A stretch of 32,000 bases of DNA from Candidatus Methanophagaceae archaeon (GTDB taxonomy: Archaea; Halobacteriota; Syntropharchaeia; Alkanophagales; Methanospirareceae), in NCBI GenBank assembly GCA_003194425.1, contig PQXB01000001.1, positions 910,444 through 942,443 of the forward strand, in the 5' to 3' direction. Numbering within the stretch: the stretch's first letter is position 1; the number at the start of each line of letters is the position of its first letter. The notes beneath the pieces are model-generated. The model worked only from the letters and a program-made list of their open reading frames with translations, searched no databases and was not told the origin of the DNA. Positions 31,302 to 32,000 of the stretch are shown piece after piece. The position numbers and the translations under genes were made by a program.

Positions 31302-32000
31302 ATGAGCAGGAAGACAAGAATCGGGAAGTTCGGGTTCGTGAACAATTTTCTGCCTTACTACAGGCTGGAGCAGAACGGGGTGGCGGTGGTTGAGGCGTCG
31401 CCGAAGCGGTTGGCGGGGCTGCTTGAGCGGGGCGAGGTGGATTTCGCACCCGTGCCTTCGTTCTACTACCTGAAGAACAAGGAGAAGTTGAGGAGTTACG
31501 AGTTCTGCGTCGCCTCAACAGAGCGGGTCTTGAGTGTGGTCGTCGTTTCCGAGAGGGCGGGGCGGCTTGAAAGGGGAGCAGGGCTTGAAGGAGAGTGGAG
31601 AAACGGCTGTGTCGCTGCGACGAACCAGACAGTAACCTCGCTCAACCTGCTGAAAATTATTCTGCGGGAGCGGGGGTTGGGAGAGGTGGGGTTGGGAGAG
31701 GCAGGGTTGGGAGAGGCAGGGTTGGGAGAGGCGGAGTTGGGAGAGGCGTGGGAGGTGAAGGTTGTGAATGAAAGTAGGGCAGGCGAACTACTCAAGCACG
31801 GCACGTACGCACTCGTGATCGGCGACGAGGCGATCCGGGCGAGGCTGACTAACAAGTACAGGGTAGAGTTGGATTTGGGAGCGGAGTGGCGGGAATTAAC
31901 GGGCTGTCCGATGGTTTTTGGGATTTCGGCGTCGCCGAGGGAGAAGGAGTTGGGAGAAGAGAGCAGGAAGGTTTTGGAGTCGCTGGCGTGGGGGGAGAAG
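31302..32000 (+). CDS. mqnA: Chorismate dehydratase MqnA (partial, 3' end outside the window)
   Basis: ATG at 31302 lies 1 nt after the upstream stop, and the frame is open to the window end. The N-terminus IGKFGFVNNFLPYY...ASPKRLAGLLERGEVDFAPVPSFYY fits the MqnA periplasmic-binding-fold family. It contains a 15-nt x5 repeat. Confidence 0.7.
   Translation, partial: MSRKTRIGKFGFVNNFLPYYRLEQNGVAVVEASPKRLAGLLERGEVDFAPVPSFYYLKNKEKLRSYEFCVASTERVLSVVVVSERAGRLERGAGLEGEWRNGCVAATNQTVTSLNLLKIILRERGLGEVGLGEAGLGEAGLGEAELGEAWEVKVVNESRAGELLKHGTYALVIGDEAIRARLTNKYRVELDLGAEWRELTGCPMVFGISASPREKELGEESRKVLESLAWGEK
31674..31748 (+). repeat. In-frame 15-nt x5 tandem repeat (GLGE[VA]) in mqnA, a canonical G-quadruplex motif
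   Basis: The units are gggttgggagaggtg, gggttgggagaggca, gggttgggagaggca, gggttgggagaggcg and gagttgggagaggcg. Confidence 0.95.

Noticed and set aside
1-32000. Search for tRNA, rRNA, transposase, integrase or provirus signatures
   Set aside because: I found no T-loop or anticodon-arm-like GC-rich cloverleaf candidates, no rRNA-like conserved blocks, and no DDE or tyrosine-recombinase-like ORFs by eye. The absence is not proven without tRNAscan or Infernal.

Overview
This window looks like a chromosomal segment from a thermophilic euryarchaeon. The best guess is an Archaeoglobi-like lineage. It combines CO dehydrogenase/acetyl-CoA synthase (cdhA, cdhB), methanofuran and methanopterin cofactor genes (mfnB, beta-RFAP synthase), futalosine-pathway menaquinone genes (mqnA plus an MqnC/E-type radical SAM enzyme), a cupin-type glucose-6-phosphate isomerase and archaeal lipid genes. 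About 31 genes are tightly packed on both strands, with GC-rich coding sequence and short AT-rich spacers. All calls were made by eye from motifs and remembered family signatures, because no searches could be run. I saw no rRNA, tRNA, CRISPR array, transposase or integrase.

Most of the content is ordinary housekeeping: cobN, pssA, a geranylgeranyl reductase, rpiA, mtnA-like, argB, trm11, pdxS, an HMG-CoA synthase and an Hps/RraA fusion. It is interspersed with small AT-rich toxin-antitoxin cassettes. These are an intact VapBC-like pair, an intact HepT/MntA pair and a decayed HicAB locus.

The most unusual signal is not a gene cluster. It is a window-wide pattern of in-frame, near-perfect tandem repeats with 12, 15, 18 or 24 nt units. 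They are always purine-rich on the mRNA-sense strand and sit inside otherwise conserved enzymes, for example six identical 18-nt units in the cupin PGI and five 15-nt units in MqnA. Several of them form canonical G-quadruplex motifs. Perfect tandem duplications also occur in promoters and intergenic spacers, with unit lengths not constrained to multiples of 3.

Secondary observations:
- A signal-peptide/dockerin/periplasmic-binding-protein gene broken by an in-frame TGA and a frameshift.
- A truncated isopentenyl-phosphate-kinase-like relic.
- A DUF35::HMG-CoA-synthase fusion.
- An AT-rich orphan gene abutting a Pol-beta-type nucleotidyltransferase.
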